A DNA stretch of 64,000 bases from Patescibacteria group bacterium (GCA_024239055.1 JANBVJ010000003.1:504-64503), one strand, 5' to 3'. Positions 17,152 to 26,923 are shown, counted from the first letter of the stretch. Notes: generated by a model from the letters alone, not told the origin. Program-made: numbers and translations.

Positions 17152-18072
17152 TTGTTGTCAAGCCCTCAAATACAAGTACATCAGGAATTCCTTAATCAGT
17201 ATAGAGATAACTTTGATGAGACTGTCAAAAAAGCGATTAAACTAAGTGGAATTAATATTCAAAAAGAAGTTTCTCCACAAGAATTTCATCAGATGCAAAT
17301 GTATATGAACGGAGAAATGGATTGGAAAAAATTACAGAGTCTCATTTCTAGAATGGGAGATAAAACAGTTTGCAACATTTTTTGTAATGCTAATTTAGCA
17401 GAATATAATGACTGGAAAATTGCATTAAAGGCAATTGAAGAAGATATGGAAAAGGCAAAGTTAGAAGAAAGCCCAAAATATGTTTCAGAGGATATAGGAA
17501 AAGTAATGCAGGATCATAGCACAGGTGATCACGCACCAACTCACGCAACTCACTTGAATAACGGTCTAGGAGACAACGCTGGATTTGTTTCAAGATACAA
17601 CACTGGTTATGTATGGAGACTGTTTGCAGACGGTTACATAAGAAATATTGATGGAATAATGGTAAAGAAATTATTTTTTGAAAGATATGACATCATTCCA
17701 TCAGAGTTAGAGGCAAAATCAATTTCAGATTTAATGAATAAGGAAAGAAGAATATTTGAAGGACAGGTTCTACAGGGAGAAATTGGTGACAGTCCAATGG
17801 TCAAAGATGCAGTTAGCATTGTTACTAACGAAGGAAAGAAGAAAGGTTTGTCTTATCAAAGAACAGATGCAATGGGTAGAGAAGTAAGAAAGGCTTGTGA
17901 AAAAATTGAAAGAGATGCAGGTAAAATTATCGGTAAGGCTAAGGTTCAAGGCGCAACACCAGAATTAGAACAGAAATATGCAAAGATGGTTTCAAATGTC
18001 ATAGATGAAACTAACATGGGATGGGATAACTTCATTGCTTGTCTGTTCAAAGTCAAGAGGAAAAACAAGTAA
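17152..18072 (+). CDS. hypothetical protein
   Basis: 306 aa, TTG start; no motif recognised. Confidence 0.6.
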   Translation: MLSSPQIQVHQEFLNQYRDNFDETVKKAIKLSGINIQKEVSPQEFHQMQMYMNGEMDWKKLQSLISRMGDKTVCNIFCNANLAEYNDWKIALKAIEEDMEKAKLEESPKYVSEDIGKVMQDHSTGDHAPTHATHLNNGLGDNAGFVSRYNTGYVWRLFADGYIRNIDGIMVKKLFFERYDIIPSELEAKSISDLMNKERRIFEGQVLQGEIGDSPMVKDAVSIVTNEGKKKGLSYQRTDAMGREVRKACEKIERDAGKIIGKAKVQGATPELEQKYAKMVSNVIDETNMGWDNFIACLFKVKRKNK

Positions 18073-18090
18073 TTTTATGGTGTAAAGAAA

Positions 18091-18414
18091 ATGGTTCATC
18101 ATGGAGGAACAGGTTCTCAAACATTTTGGTTAGTTTTCGGTTTCTTTTTAGTGTTCTTAGGTTTTCTTAGCATCTTTACAGGTATTGCACAAATTGTAAC
18201 TGCACAAGATGTTACATTTCTAATTCAAATTGAGGACATGTTCTTTGTACAGGAAACCTTAACACAGTCAACTATGATTTTTAGCGGATTGATTAGGATA
18301 CTCTTGGGATTCTTCTTTGTAGTAATTGGTAATTCATTTTTCTTGAGAGGAGGAATGCATCACCATATATGCCATCCAAGAATGGGAGACTTTCATAATA
18401 GATTTGATCGATAA
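18091..18414 (+). CDS. membrane protein
   Basis: Hydrophobic FWLVFGFFLVFLGFLSIFTGI and LIRILLGFFFVVIGNSFF. Confidence 0.5.
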   Translation: MVHHGGTGSQTFWLVFGFFLVFLGFLSIFTGIAQIVTAQDVTFLIQIEDMFFVQETLTQSTMIFSGLIRILLGFFFVVIGNSFFLRGGMHHHICHPRMGDFHNRFDR

Positions 18415-18638
18415 TGTCAAAACTAATTGGTACAATAATTATTTTTGTAGGAATTCTGGTATTCTTTAGCGGAATAAATACCGCAATTCAGTTTGAAATT
18501 TTAGGACAAATTCCAATCATTGGAGGACTAATCACAATGATTGCATCAGATGATATTCAAACTGCAATGCTACATGTATTGCTTGGTTTGGTACTGATCT
18601 TTTTTGGTGTTCTATTAGTAAGGAGAAAGAAAAATTGA
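18414..18638 (+). CDS. small membrane protein
   Basis: 74 aa; three hydrophobic segments; TAATG overlap. Confidence 0.55.
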   Translation: MSKLIGTIIIFVGILVFFSGINTAIQFEILGQIPIIGGLITMIASDDIQTAMLHVLLGLVLIFFGVLLVRRKKN

Positions 18639-18754
18639 GTACAACTGAGAAAGAAGATGATCCAGTTCTAAAGAAGATCAATATTGTCTGTTTAGGAATA
18701 GTTTCCCCAATCATAATTTCTGTCTCAATTTTAATAGGATTAGGCGTACTTTAA
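18635..18754 (+). CDS. small C-terminally anchored membrane protein (39 aa)
   Basis: TTGA overlap; MSTTEKEDDPVLKKINIVCLGIVSPIIISVSILIGLGVL. Confidence 0.35.
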   Translation: MSTTEKEDDPVLKKINIVCLGIVSPIIISVSILIGLGVL

Positions 18755-18763
18755 TTCAAATCC

Positions 18764-18858
18764 CTACGTACTTAGTTTGAATCTGTTCACTGAATAGTCT
18801 ATTTTTCTATTTAGATATTGACTTACGGAGGACATGGCGACAGGTGGACAAGGCGACA
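18764..18858. promoter_or_regulatory. Operon-head regulatory region
   Basis: AATTCAAA-tcc-CTACGTAC-ttag-TTTGAAT palindrome, a TGTTCAC half-site, an AT-rich box, then tandem GGACATGGCGACA / GGACAAGGCGACA (18830-18842, 18846-18858). Confidence 0.5.
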
Positions 18859-19116
18859 TTAATGGATAGGGATTCGATTAAGGTATATCGAAAGTTTTGG
18901 GATCACTTTAAGTGGATTTTAGCGAGTCCTACTTCTCCGATCAAATCACTTAGTCAACTTGTTACTCTATGTTCAATGAAATGGATAAAAGAATACGAGT
19001 CAGCAAGTCCATCTCAAAAAAAGAGAATGATTGAGGAGATGAAAAATTTACAAAAGGAGGCAGAAAAAAAAGAATTTCTTCATAACTCAAGGGAGATTGT
19101 TGACAATGAAGAATGA
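18844..19116 (+). CDS. hypothetical protein
   Basis: GTG at 18844, or more likely ATG at 18862. Confidence 0.45.
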   Translation: MDKATLMDRDSIKVYRKFWDHFKWILASPTSPIKSLSQLVTLCSMKWIKEYESASPSQKKRMIEEMKNLQKEAEKKEFLHNSREIVDNEE

Positions 19117-20635
19117 GCAACTATCAGCAAAAGATCAACTGTATTATGTTTTTGTTGGTGTTGGAATAGGAGTTGTTTATGTAATATTTTTTATGCTCAT
19201 TACTGGAGTAAATTTAGATTTTATCATACCAATACCAATGGCTTTTGGACAAGTTCAACCATTCGAGTTACAGTTAGAACAGATTAGAAATCCAGAGGCT
19301 TGTACAAGAAAGGTACTTCAAAGTTCAGGAGCATACATACCTTTTACTCTAAAAGTTTTCTACGATACAACTCAGGATAGAAGTTGGGATGTAATTTCAA
19401 AGGCAGAAACATTTCCAGTTGCTCAACAAACTGCACAGGTAGCAACATTCTTCACTCAAGAAATAGATCAATATGAAGTCCATTTAGAAGTTAATTACGA
19501 TAGACCACAAAAAAGACAGGCATACATAGAAGTTCTATCAGAAGGAAGAACAGTTACAAGTTGGCAGGAAAAGTTTGATGATCAAAAGTTTTGTATGACA
19601 TTTTTCATTAATACAAACGAACCACCAACATTTCCAACTAGAGAAGAACTAATTGGTGATCTTCTCACAAATGTAGATAAAATTCCAGAAATGATAACAT
19701 CATTTAACATTAACACGATTACTTGGAATACAAGCATCTCATACATGTGGACTTTGATATTTGCATCAATAGTATTATCAGTTCTAACACTTCTTGGCAC
19801 ATCAATTGTTAACAGAAATGTAAAGTCAAAGATGAAGGATATGGATGATGCAGTAGACCTTGTTGATAAATCAGCAAGAAAAATTGATGAAATGAAGGAA
19901 CCATTCGATCAAATAATTAAAAATCAAAACAAAATTCTAAAGAATCAAGACCTAATACTTGCAAAATCACCAGTTCCAATAGTTGAACCAGAAAAGAAGT
20001 CAAAACTAAGTCAAATATTCAAGAAGAAAACAGAAGATAAGATCGAAGTAAGTGAACATGTAACTAAAGGTTTGAAACCAAAAGGGAAAAGCAGATGGAG
20101 TTTTCTAAAACGAAATAAAGATGAGGATGAGGAATACGAAGAAGAAAAAGACGATGAAGATAACGAAAATGTTTATGATAATGGCAAGATCGAAGTTCCT
20201 CCAAAGGAAGTAAAGGAAGAGAGTGCTAAATTAGTAGAGGTAATTGAAAAGTTAAAACCTGATGTAGAAAAAGATGTTGAAGAGGAATTAGAAGGTGGTT
20301 TTATACAAACATCTAAAGAAGAAAAGGTTCCCCCGACACCCCCTCCAAAAGAAGAAATGCTTCCACCAGTAGAACAAAAGCCATCAAGATTCAAAGAAAT
20401 TTTACGTGCAATTGATTTCAAAAATAATGCATTCAAGGAAGGAGAGTTTGATAAATTCACTTACAATGAACTAAACAACATGTACGGATGGATAGTTCAC
20501 TACAAAAAACGCAAACTAATGTTAAAGGAGTGGGAAATGCTACCAAAAGTGGTACGAGAAAAACAAGACGTTGCTGAGAGAGTAATCTATTATGCAATAT
20601 TTCAAAAAATGGATAAGAGGTTGAAAAATGATTAA
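19097..20635 (+). CDS. membrane protein with long K/E-rich C-terminal region
   Basis: 512 aa; TM segments YYVFVGVGIGVVYVIFFMLITGV and WTLIFASIVLSVLTLLG; charged low-complexity tail. Confidence 0.7.
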   Translation: MLTMKNEQLSAKDQLYYVFVGVGIGVVYVIFFMLITGVNLDFIIPIPMAFGQVQPFELQLEQIRNPEACTRKVLQSSGAYIPFTLKVFYDTTQDRSWDVISKAETFPVAQQTAQVATFFTQEIDQYEVHLEVNYDRPQKRQAYIEVLSEGRTVTSWQEKFDDQKFCMTFFINTNEPPTFPTREELIGDLLTNVDKIPEMITSFNINTITWNTSISYMWTLIFASIVLSVLTLLGTSIVNRNVKSKMKDMDDAVDLVDKSARKIDEMKEPFDQIIKNQNKILKNQDLILAKSPVPIVEPEKKSKLSQIFKKKTEDKIEVSEHVTKGLKPKGKSRWSFLKRNKDEDEEYEEEKDDEDNENVYDNGKIEVPPKEVKEESAKLVEVIEKLKPDVEKDVEEELEGGFIQTSKEEKVPPTPPPKEEMLPPVEQKPSRFKEILRAIDFKNNAFKEGEFDKFTYNELNNMYGWIVHYKKRKLMLKEWEMLPKVVREKQDVAERVIYYAIFQKMDKRLKND

Positions 20636-21854
20636 CATTTCACTCTTTCTACAAACGATCTTCCTTCAAACAGGAAATCCAATACTAGATACATTCAATG
20701 CATTCACCAATCCACAGACAACAGCACAAGGACTTGCAGTAACTCCAAACTATGTACCAGTGATAAGTTTCATACTTGTAGCATTTCTTTTGATTGTAGG
20801 ACTAAGATACATAGTAAATGCACGTAGATCTCCCAATGCAGAAGAACCAATTGGAATTATACAATTCGTTATCCAACGTCAAGGATTGCTAGAGGGATTT
20901 GTAAACAAATATGATGCGCCAGTAAGGGCATCAGTAATTCGTGCATTAAAGAACAACAAAAAATTTGCACCAGCAGTAAAAAAAATTATTGAGTTAAAAG
21001 AGGCAGGACATCTTCACTTTTATCAAATGTTTTACAGGGATACAAGAGATCTGCTCACTTCAACTGTCAGAAGAAGTAGAACACCATCATTAGTAATATC
21101 AACACTACCACTAGACGATCCAGACGTAGCATACTCACAGTCAGAGGCAAAGTTTTCTTGGGCTACACTTGGATGGGAACACATGAAAACTGTACTCTGT
21201 CATGTATCATCTGAAAAGTTTGAGGTAGATACCGTTGGCAATAAAGTAATGGATGTTTGGATAATTGCACCAATGCCTATTGTAGAGGAAAAAACTTCGT
21301 ATGATAGAAAACAAGGTGGGGATACAGAAACAACTTCTGAGGACTTTAAGATTTGGGGAGAAGATCTCAGTTTAGAACCAGCAGTAATGCAGGTAAACGT
21401 ACTTCCTTATGATGAGGATCTTGCAAAAACCTCATCATCATTTGTCATGGCATCAAAGCAGGTTGATTACATTGGTGACTTGGAGGATCACATGGAAACT
21501 CAGCAAGAAGAACTACAGCAACGAGACAAGGTGGTTAACAAGCAGAAACAGGTCATAAACATGCTAAAACTTGCACTAGGACAGAAGAAACTAATTGGTA
21601 CAGAACTTCCATTTGGATTTGGCAGACCGAAGGACTTTATCACTTGGATTGTGTTAGGTTCTCTTGGTGGTCTACTTGTTGGAGAATTGCCAAGATTTAT
21701 TCCACAACTTGCAGGAATTGACCGTTTGTTTATGGGAGCAATGGGTACAATGATCATAGTAGCAGTTTACATGATGACAAGGAAATCAACATCTAACACA
21801 CAAAGAGACTTGTTAGAAGAGGAAGGAATCAATCAGGATCAACTTAACATGTGA
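20628..21854 (+). CDS. membrane protein
   Basis: 408 aa; TM VISFILVAFLLIVGL and C-terminal TM pair (WIVLGSLGGLLVG, MGAMGTMIIVAVYMM). Confidence 0.7.
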   Translation: MINISLFLQTIFLQTGNPILDTFNAFTNPQTTAQGLAVTPNYVPVISFILVAFLLIVGLRYIVNARRSPNAEEPIGIIQFVIQRQGLLEGFVNKYDAPVRASVIRALKNNKKFAPAVKKIIELKEAGHLHFYQMFYRDTRDLLTSTVRRSRTPSLVISTLPLDDPDVAYSQSEAKFSWATLGWEHMKTVLCHVSSEKFEVDTVGNKVMDVWIIAPMPIVEEKTSYDRKQGGDTETTSEDFKIWGEDLSLEPAVMQVNVLPYDEDLAKTSSSFVMASKQVDYIGDLEDHMETQQEELQQRDKVVNKQKQVINMLKLALGQKKLIGTELPFGFGRPKDFITWIVLGSLGGLLVGELPRFIPQLAGIDRLFMGAMGTMIIVAVYMMTRKSTSNTQRDLLEEEGINQDQLNM

Positions 21855-22111
21855 TGATTATGAATGGAATAGAGGCAAAAAAAGTTGAAAGAAGGTATAA
21901 GAGAAGATTAACAGAGTTAGATTCACTTTGTTCCAAACAAATAGTTCTCCTTTGGAAAAAGCACGACAGTTTGAAAGGTACAAAGTCAAATCTTTTAAAA
22001 AAAGGAATTTTAGGTAAAATAGTTGGTATCGAATGGGTTATGAATACATTGAGTAATTTACAACATAAAGAAGATAGGGAAATGGATCAACATGAAGCAC
22101 GAAAATACTGA
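21851..22111 (+). CDS. hypothetical protein
   Basis: 86 aa; GTGA overlap. Confidence 0.45.
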   Translation: MMIMNGIEAKKVERRYKRRLTELDSLCSKQIVLLWKKHDSLKGTKSNLLKKGILGKIVGIEWVMNTLSNLQHKEDREMDQHEARKY

Positions 22112-22174
22112 AAAAAAATGTGAGTGTTACTATTGTATAAGATGTAGGATCAACAAAATGAAAGAGGTATTTGA

Positions 22175-22948
22175 TTGAGTAGTACAACTAAGGAAGAATT
22201 ATCTGACTTTTCTCAGATCTTCCAAGAAAATTTTGATAGAATAGACAAAGAGATTAACAGTATTCAAGAGAGTTTCAAAAATTTAAACGATTGGTTACGA
22301 AAACCAATGCCAAAAGAAATGCAAGATGCTAATGAAAAACTAAACAAACCACATCTAACCTATCAGTATTCACCTGAGACTCAATCAGAGTTCATGGAAT
22401 TACAGAGTAAGATCTCCCAAAAACTAGAGGCAGTTTTCCAAGTAGTTAAAGACGTAAACGAGATAAGCGCAGTTGGTACTTCTACATTCAAGAATTCTGC
22501 TAAAGTGTTAGCAGAGGGACAGGTTCCTACTGGACAACCAGTAAATATCACTCAACAACCAAAATCCATTCTTAGAAATCCATTCAAGTCACAAACCGAA
22601 ACTAATATTCCAAAGTCAGTTGAGGATTTCTGGATTAGGAGTGAGAATTGGAAGGAAGAGATAATGAATTATCCCAATATTTGGGGAAAATTAATCACAT
22701 ATCATCATTATGGAGTGATAAGACAGAAGGTTTTCGATGGTGAAGGAATGGAATACTACTTAGAAAACGAGGTTGTTTATCTCAATACAAGAGTTGAACC
22801 AAATCTCTCAAGGATAATGAAACGTGCATTAGAACTAACTAGGATTGATGCAATGTCTAATCTCCAAGCAATTTACACCACAACTCAACAGGCAGAAAAA
22901 GAGATTGAAACTGCAAAATTAATGGCAGGACAGACAGGTAATGAGTAA
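22175..22948 (+). CDS. hypothetical protein
   Basis: 257 aa; TTG start. Confidence 0.6.
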   Translation: MSSTTKEELSDFSQIFQENFDRIDKEINSIQESFKNLNDWLRKPMPKEMQDANEKLNKPHLTYQYSPETQSEFMELQSKISQKLEAVFQVVKDVNEISAVGTSTFKNSAKVLAEGQVPTGQPVNITQQPKSILRNPFKSQTETNIPKSVEDFWIRSENWKEEIMNYPNIWGKLITYHHYGVIRQKVFDGEGMEYYLENEVVYLNTRVEPNLSRIMKRALELTRIDAMSNLQAIYTTTQQAEKEIETAKLMAGQTGNE

Positions 22949-23006
22949 AGATCTTTGAGCAAGTTCACTTTAATACCGAAAAAAACCTATTTTTATACGT
23001 AGAGCA

Positions 23007-23936
23007 TTGGTTAGAGGATTTAAAGATGAAACTGGAAAGTTTCACCCCACTGAAAGGACATTAGGAAGAACTAGGGCTAATCCTCGACTTCATGACAAAA
23101 CTCTCCAAGTTGGTATTCAAGGTTCTCAAATTGCAATGACAATTGCAAAACAAGCAAAAGATTTTGCAAAGAGAAAAACAAATGAACAGATTGTAAGAAT
23201 CCAAACTACAAAGGAACGCCAAGCAAGGGAATTACAATTACGTAGAGACTTTGAAAAAAGACTGATTAGTTCTTTCAAACGTTCTAGATCATTACAGATT
23301 AAAGATCCAGTTTTATTAAAAAATCAAATTTTAATTGATGTACCTGAGATAAAGGACAATTCCGAAAATCTTAGATTCATTGAAAACATTCTAAATGACT
23401 TTCTCAAACGTGAAAAGAGGAAGGAAAAAGCAATTAAGAAAGCAAAAACTCCAGAAGAAAAAGATCGTATTGAGGCACAGTTTGATAGAGCAGAATTGTT
23501 AGAAGAGGCAGATGTTAAGAAACAATTAGGTAAATCAGAATCACAGTTAAAGAAAAAACAACAAGAAGAGTTAGCAGATTTAAAATCAGAAAAACAAGCA
23601 TTCAAGAAAAAAGAAGAGTTCATCAAAGAAGAGGCAATACAAGACTTTGTTGAAGAAGAAGTTGAGGCAACACTTGCAGAAGATGACCGAATAGTAGCAC
23701 AAGCAACTGTAGATAAAAAAGCAGAAGAACTATCAAAGGTGGCAGAAAAAACAAAAGACGAAAAGGAATTAAGAACTACTGAGGCTTTCATTGACTTTGT
23801 TGAGGCACAAAGCGATGCTCTTGATGCAATTAACACAGAGAGTGCAGAGAAAAAAGATGCAGAAGAGGCAAGGGAAGTCGCTGAAACTTTACTAGGTGAA
23901 CTTGACACAGGATTTCCACCAGAGATTGTAGGGTAG
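23007..23936 (+). CDS. KGF-leader family member 4/15; long K/E-rich coiled-coil C-terminus
   Basis: TTG start: MVRGFKDETGKFHPTERTLGRTR; remainder is E/K/A-rich and heptad-like. Confidence 0.7.
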   Translation: MVRGFKDETGKFHPTERTLGRTRANPRLHDKTLQVGIQGSQIAMTIAKQAKDFAKRKTNEQIVRIQTTKERQARELQLRRDFEKRLISSFKRSRSLQIKDPVLLKNQILIDVPEIKDNSENLRFIENILNDFLKREKRKEKAIKKAKTPEEKDRIEAQFDRAELLEEADVKKQLGKSESQLKKKQQEELADLKSEKQAFKKKEEFIKEEAIQDFVEEEVEATLAEDDRIVAQATVDKKAEELSKVAEKTKDEKELRTTEAFIDFVEAQSDALDAINTESAEKKDAEEAREVAETLLGELDTGFPPEIVG

Positions 23937-23945
23937 TGAAGAAGT

Positions 23946-24653
23946 TTGGGAGTCGCCTCATTCTTAATAAAAAGTTTTTTGGGGGTAATAATTCTCATAA
24001 TTATAATTGTAGCACTTGGAACAGTTGGAACATCATTGATAGGTGCATTAGCAGTTGATACTTCTGATGACTTTGAATCAATCATAGAACTACTAACAAA
24101 AGGTTCGCAACCGAAACCGAAACCTACAGCAAGTGAGTTGTTATGTGATCTAAAACTAATAGTACATGCAGAGTATGATCAAACTCTTCCATTAAGCGAT
24201 TTCTTTATTAGAATTATTTCATCAGGAAATGTAGATGCAATTCACGATTCAGCAAAAGAATACCAATGGAGAGACTGTCATCAATCAACTGAGGTTCCAA
24301 TTGCATCATTACTTGACTTTTCTATAGGGGATGGACAACCATTGTCATTGTTTCCAGTTTTCATAGGTGAAGGCGAAGCAGTAATTACAGAAATTGTTCT
24401 ATTAGATCCAAATACAGGACTTACAATTGATAAAAGTAACGATAGGACTTTACGTAGAAGTATAGATCTTCCAGCAGGAATAGCGATAAATCTTCCTCTG
24501 GATTTGACTCAGACCTATATAATAAAAAATATTCCTCACAGGGATTATGAATTACAGATTTTCTTTCCAGATCATGAGATAAACAGAATGGGTAAAGGAC
24601 AACCATTCATAGATGAGGTTTGTGAGTTCACAAAAATGACATGTTTCAATTGA
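23946..24653 (+). CDS. membrane-anchored protein, tandem paralog A
   Basis: N-terminal TM; shares ELLCDLKLIVHA..., PHRDYELQIFF and PFIDEVCEFTKMTC with 24675..25340. Confidence 0.65.
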   Translation: MGVASFLIKSFLGVIILIIIIVALGTVGTSLIGALAVDTSDDFESIIELLTKGSQPKPKPTASELLCDLKLIVHAEYDQTLPLSDFFIRIISSGNVDAIHDSAKEYQWRDCHQSTEVPIASLLDFSIGDGQPLSLFPVFIGEGEAVITEIVLLDPNTGLTIDKSNDRTLRRSIDLPAGIAINLPLDLTQTYIIKNIPHRDYELQIFFPDHEINRMGKGQPFIDEVCEFTKMTCFN

Positions 24654-24674
24654 CAGGAGTAAATAGGTGATATA

Positions 24675-25340
24675 ATGGGAGCAGGAGGAACAATAATCGG
24701 ACTTTTGATTCTGATTATTATAGTTGTAATAGCATGGGGATATATTCAAAATTTCATAGTAGAGATTCTTCTTACAGGGGATAGACTAGGTACTGCAATT
24801 TTTACTTCGGAGGAATTAGAGGCAACACCTACATCTGAGGAAATGGTTTGTGATCTAAGAGTTACAGTTTTTGCTACAGTTGATGAACGGTTTCCGTTTG
24901 ATGTCTTTGTAAGGGTTCCAGATAGTTCAGGAGAAGTAAAAAGATATTTCTGGACTGACTGTTCACCAGCAAAGGCAACATCATTGTTTTCATTGTTAGA
25001 TATTTCTGAAAACCTAAATGAAGCACTTGGGAATCTAGGTCAACTAGCATTTTTCAGTGAAGAAGATGTAATTACAGTGAACATTAGATTAACCGATCCA
25101 AAGACAGGTGACATCATTGATAAATTCAACAGGGGAAATCTTGAAAAACAAATCGGTGATTTACAAAACAAAAACACACCATTTGATATTCAACAGCAAT
25201 TTTTCATTCCTAATGTTCCTCATAGAGATTACGATCTTGAGATTTTCTATGGTAGAGCAATAAACGAACTACCTATAGGAACACCATTTGTTGATGAAGT
25301 ATGTCAGTTCACAAAGACAACATGCCTAGTTATTAGATAG
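24675..25340 (+). CDS. membrane-anchored protein, tandem paralog B
   Basis: N-terminal TM; EMVCDLRVTVFA..., PHRDYDLEIFY and PFVDEVCQFTKTTC. Confidence 0.65.
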   Translation: MGAGGTIIGLLILIIIVVIAWGYIQNFIVEILLTGDRLGTAIFTSEELEATPTSEEMVCDLRVTVFATVDERFPFDVFVRVPDSSGEVKRYFWTDCSPAKATSLFSLLDISENLNEALGNLGQLAFFSEEDVITVNIRLTDPKTGDIIDKFNRGNLEKQIGDLQNKNTPFDIQQQFFIPNVPHRDYDLEIFYGRAINELPIGTPFVDEVCQFTKTTCLVIR

Positions 25341-25385
25341 AGATCTGAAAAACGCTTTTATTCTCAGTGTTTTATTTCTAATTCT

Positions 25386-25577
25386 ATGACGATGCAAGAG
25401 AAAGACGACTACAAGTTCAAGGAATTACACTGTGATAACTGTGATAAATACATGGGATACATCAATGCAATACATCAATCGTTTCCTCATGATTTCTTTT
25501 GTACATTAAAGTGTCTAGAAGATTGGGCTACGAAGAACAAGATTAAAAATATTAAGATGGAAAAACTCAAAAAATGA
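25386..25577 (+). CDS. small zinc-finger protein (FCS/MYM-like)
   Basis: HCDNCDKYMG...FFCTLKCLEDW. Confidence 0.5.
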   Translation: MTMQEKDDYKFKELHCDNCDKYMGYINAIHQSFPHDFFCTLKCLEDWATKNKIKNIKMEKLKK

Positions 25578-25584
25578 ATGAATA

Positions 25585-26178
25585 ATGGATTCTTGTCAAT
25601 ATGTTAACGTATTCAAAGCAATAGATGATAAAGGAACTCAGAGTGAAAAGAGACAAAAATGTGGTCTTAGAATTAGTTTAAGAACTGTTGAGTTCAGACA
25701 TCCCGAATACAAAGATCTATCAAAAGAGTTTATTCTATGTGAAACTCATTACAGAGAGGTTTTTGGTGTAATTGAAGATGAAGAACGTCAGGCTTGGAGA
25801 TTTAAAGAAAATGCATTTTACAGATACAAGGGTGATTTTGCAAAGGCAAAAAACTTAATGGAAACAGGAGTTGGTTATTTTAACGCAGTTGAATACAAGG
25901 GAAATCATTATCGAAAAGTTGAAGATGCAATAAGAAATTGGATGAATATTAGAAAAAACAAATGCAGATTGGAATTATGTAATACAGATCTCAGATCAGT
26001 GAGAAAAGTATTCTCTGTTAGAGCATTTGCTCCAAGTGGAAGAGATTATAAAATGATGTATTTTTGCTGTGAAAATCACTGGAAAAGAAAAATGTACGCA
26101 GTTGAACCAAAAAAACAGGAGGATAATAAAGTAAAACCAATGACACTAGATGATTATCAGGAAGAAATCAAAGCATGA
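25585..26178 (+). CDS. Cys/His-rich hypothetical protein
   Basis: 197 aa; ILCETHY and MYFCCENHW motifs. Confidence 0.6.
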   Translation: MDSCQYVNVFKAIDDKGTQSEKRQKCGLRISLRTVEFRHPEYKDLSKEFILCETHYREVFGVIEDEERQAWRFKENAFYRYKGDFAKAKNLMETGVGYFNAVEYKGNHYRKVEDAIRNWMNIRKNKCRLELCNTDLRSVRKVFSVRAFAPSGRDYKMMYFCCENHWKRKMYAVEPKKQEDNKVKPMTLDDYQEEIKA

Positions 26179-26651
26179 CAAAAAAAGTACAGACCTATAG
26201 ATGTGTTATGGGAGACTTTCCTCCAAACAAAATAAAATACCTACAAGCAATTTCAAGCAGAAAACTCGGAACTTGGATAGGTCACTGTGAAGGAGATGAA
26301 TTACATGAAGAACATCTTGTAATGATTAAAAATCAACAGGATTGGTTCATAAAATATTCAAAAACAAACATCTTCGCTACCAGATGGGAAGAGATCAATA
26401 AATTGACTTCAAAAAGATTGTTCCCAAGACAAAAAAAATTGAGATGTCCAGTAGGGAAAGTACCAATGAATTTGCAAAAAAAACCCACAGATCTAATTAA
26501 TTTAAAAAATACAGAAATCTACAAATGTACAGGTAATTTTCAAGGAAAAGGTCACAAAGAACATCTAGTTAGAATACAACATGGCGCACTAGAAGTCAAG
26601 ATAAATAAAAAAGAGTTGGGTGTTCTGATCGTTACAATTCAATCAGAATAG
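26175..26651 (+). CDS. hypothetical protein
   Basis: 158 aa; ATGA overlap. Confidence 0.55.
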   Translation: MTKKVQTYRCVMGDFPPNKIKYLQAISSRKLGTWIGHCEGDELHEEHLVMIKNQQDWFIKYSKTNIFATRWEEINKLTSKRLFPRQKKLRCPVGKVPMNLQKKPTDLINLKNTEIYKCTGNFQGKGHKEHLVRIQHGALEVKINKKELGVLIVTIQSE

Positions 26652-26652
26652 A

Positions 26653-26775
26653 TTATCTTCGTCTTTTTCTAGCACTTTTTCGTGCAGATGCTTTTCGTTT
26701 AGCCTTTTTCGCTTTTCGAGTTCTAGCACCTTTTTTTCCTGCCTTTACTCTAGAGGCATGAGATTGTTTAGCCAT
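26653..26775 (-). CDS. 40 aa extremely basic protamine / histone-H1-tail-like peptide
   Basis: Hand translation of the reverse strand: MAKQSHASRVKAGKKGARTRKAKKAKRKASARKSARKRRR*. ATG is the complement of 26773-26775, stop the complement of 26653-26655. The only convincing minus-strand gene I found. Confidence 0.5.
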   Translation of the reverse strand: MAKQSHASRVKAGKKGARTRKAKKAKRKASARKSARKRRR

Positions 26776-26923
26776 TGATCTAAAATGGGTTAACATTCAG
26801 TACAAAACAGTAGTAAGTCGATCAAAACTGACCAAAACAAAAACATTTATCAATAAAATTAGTTTAAACTTTTTGATAATCGGACAAATCTCTTTAGGGG
26901 AAACTGAGGCGATGCGATTATTC

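Noticed and set aside
23324-24085. 253 aa minus-strand ORF
   Set aside because: It is antisense to the K/E-rich coiled-coil gene 23007..23936. The Ser/Ala/Phe-rich low-complexity product is the expected mirror of GAA/AAG-rich coding sequence.
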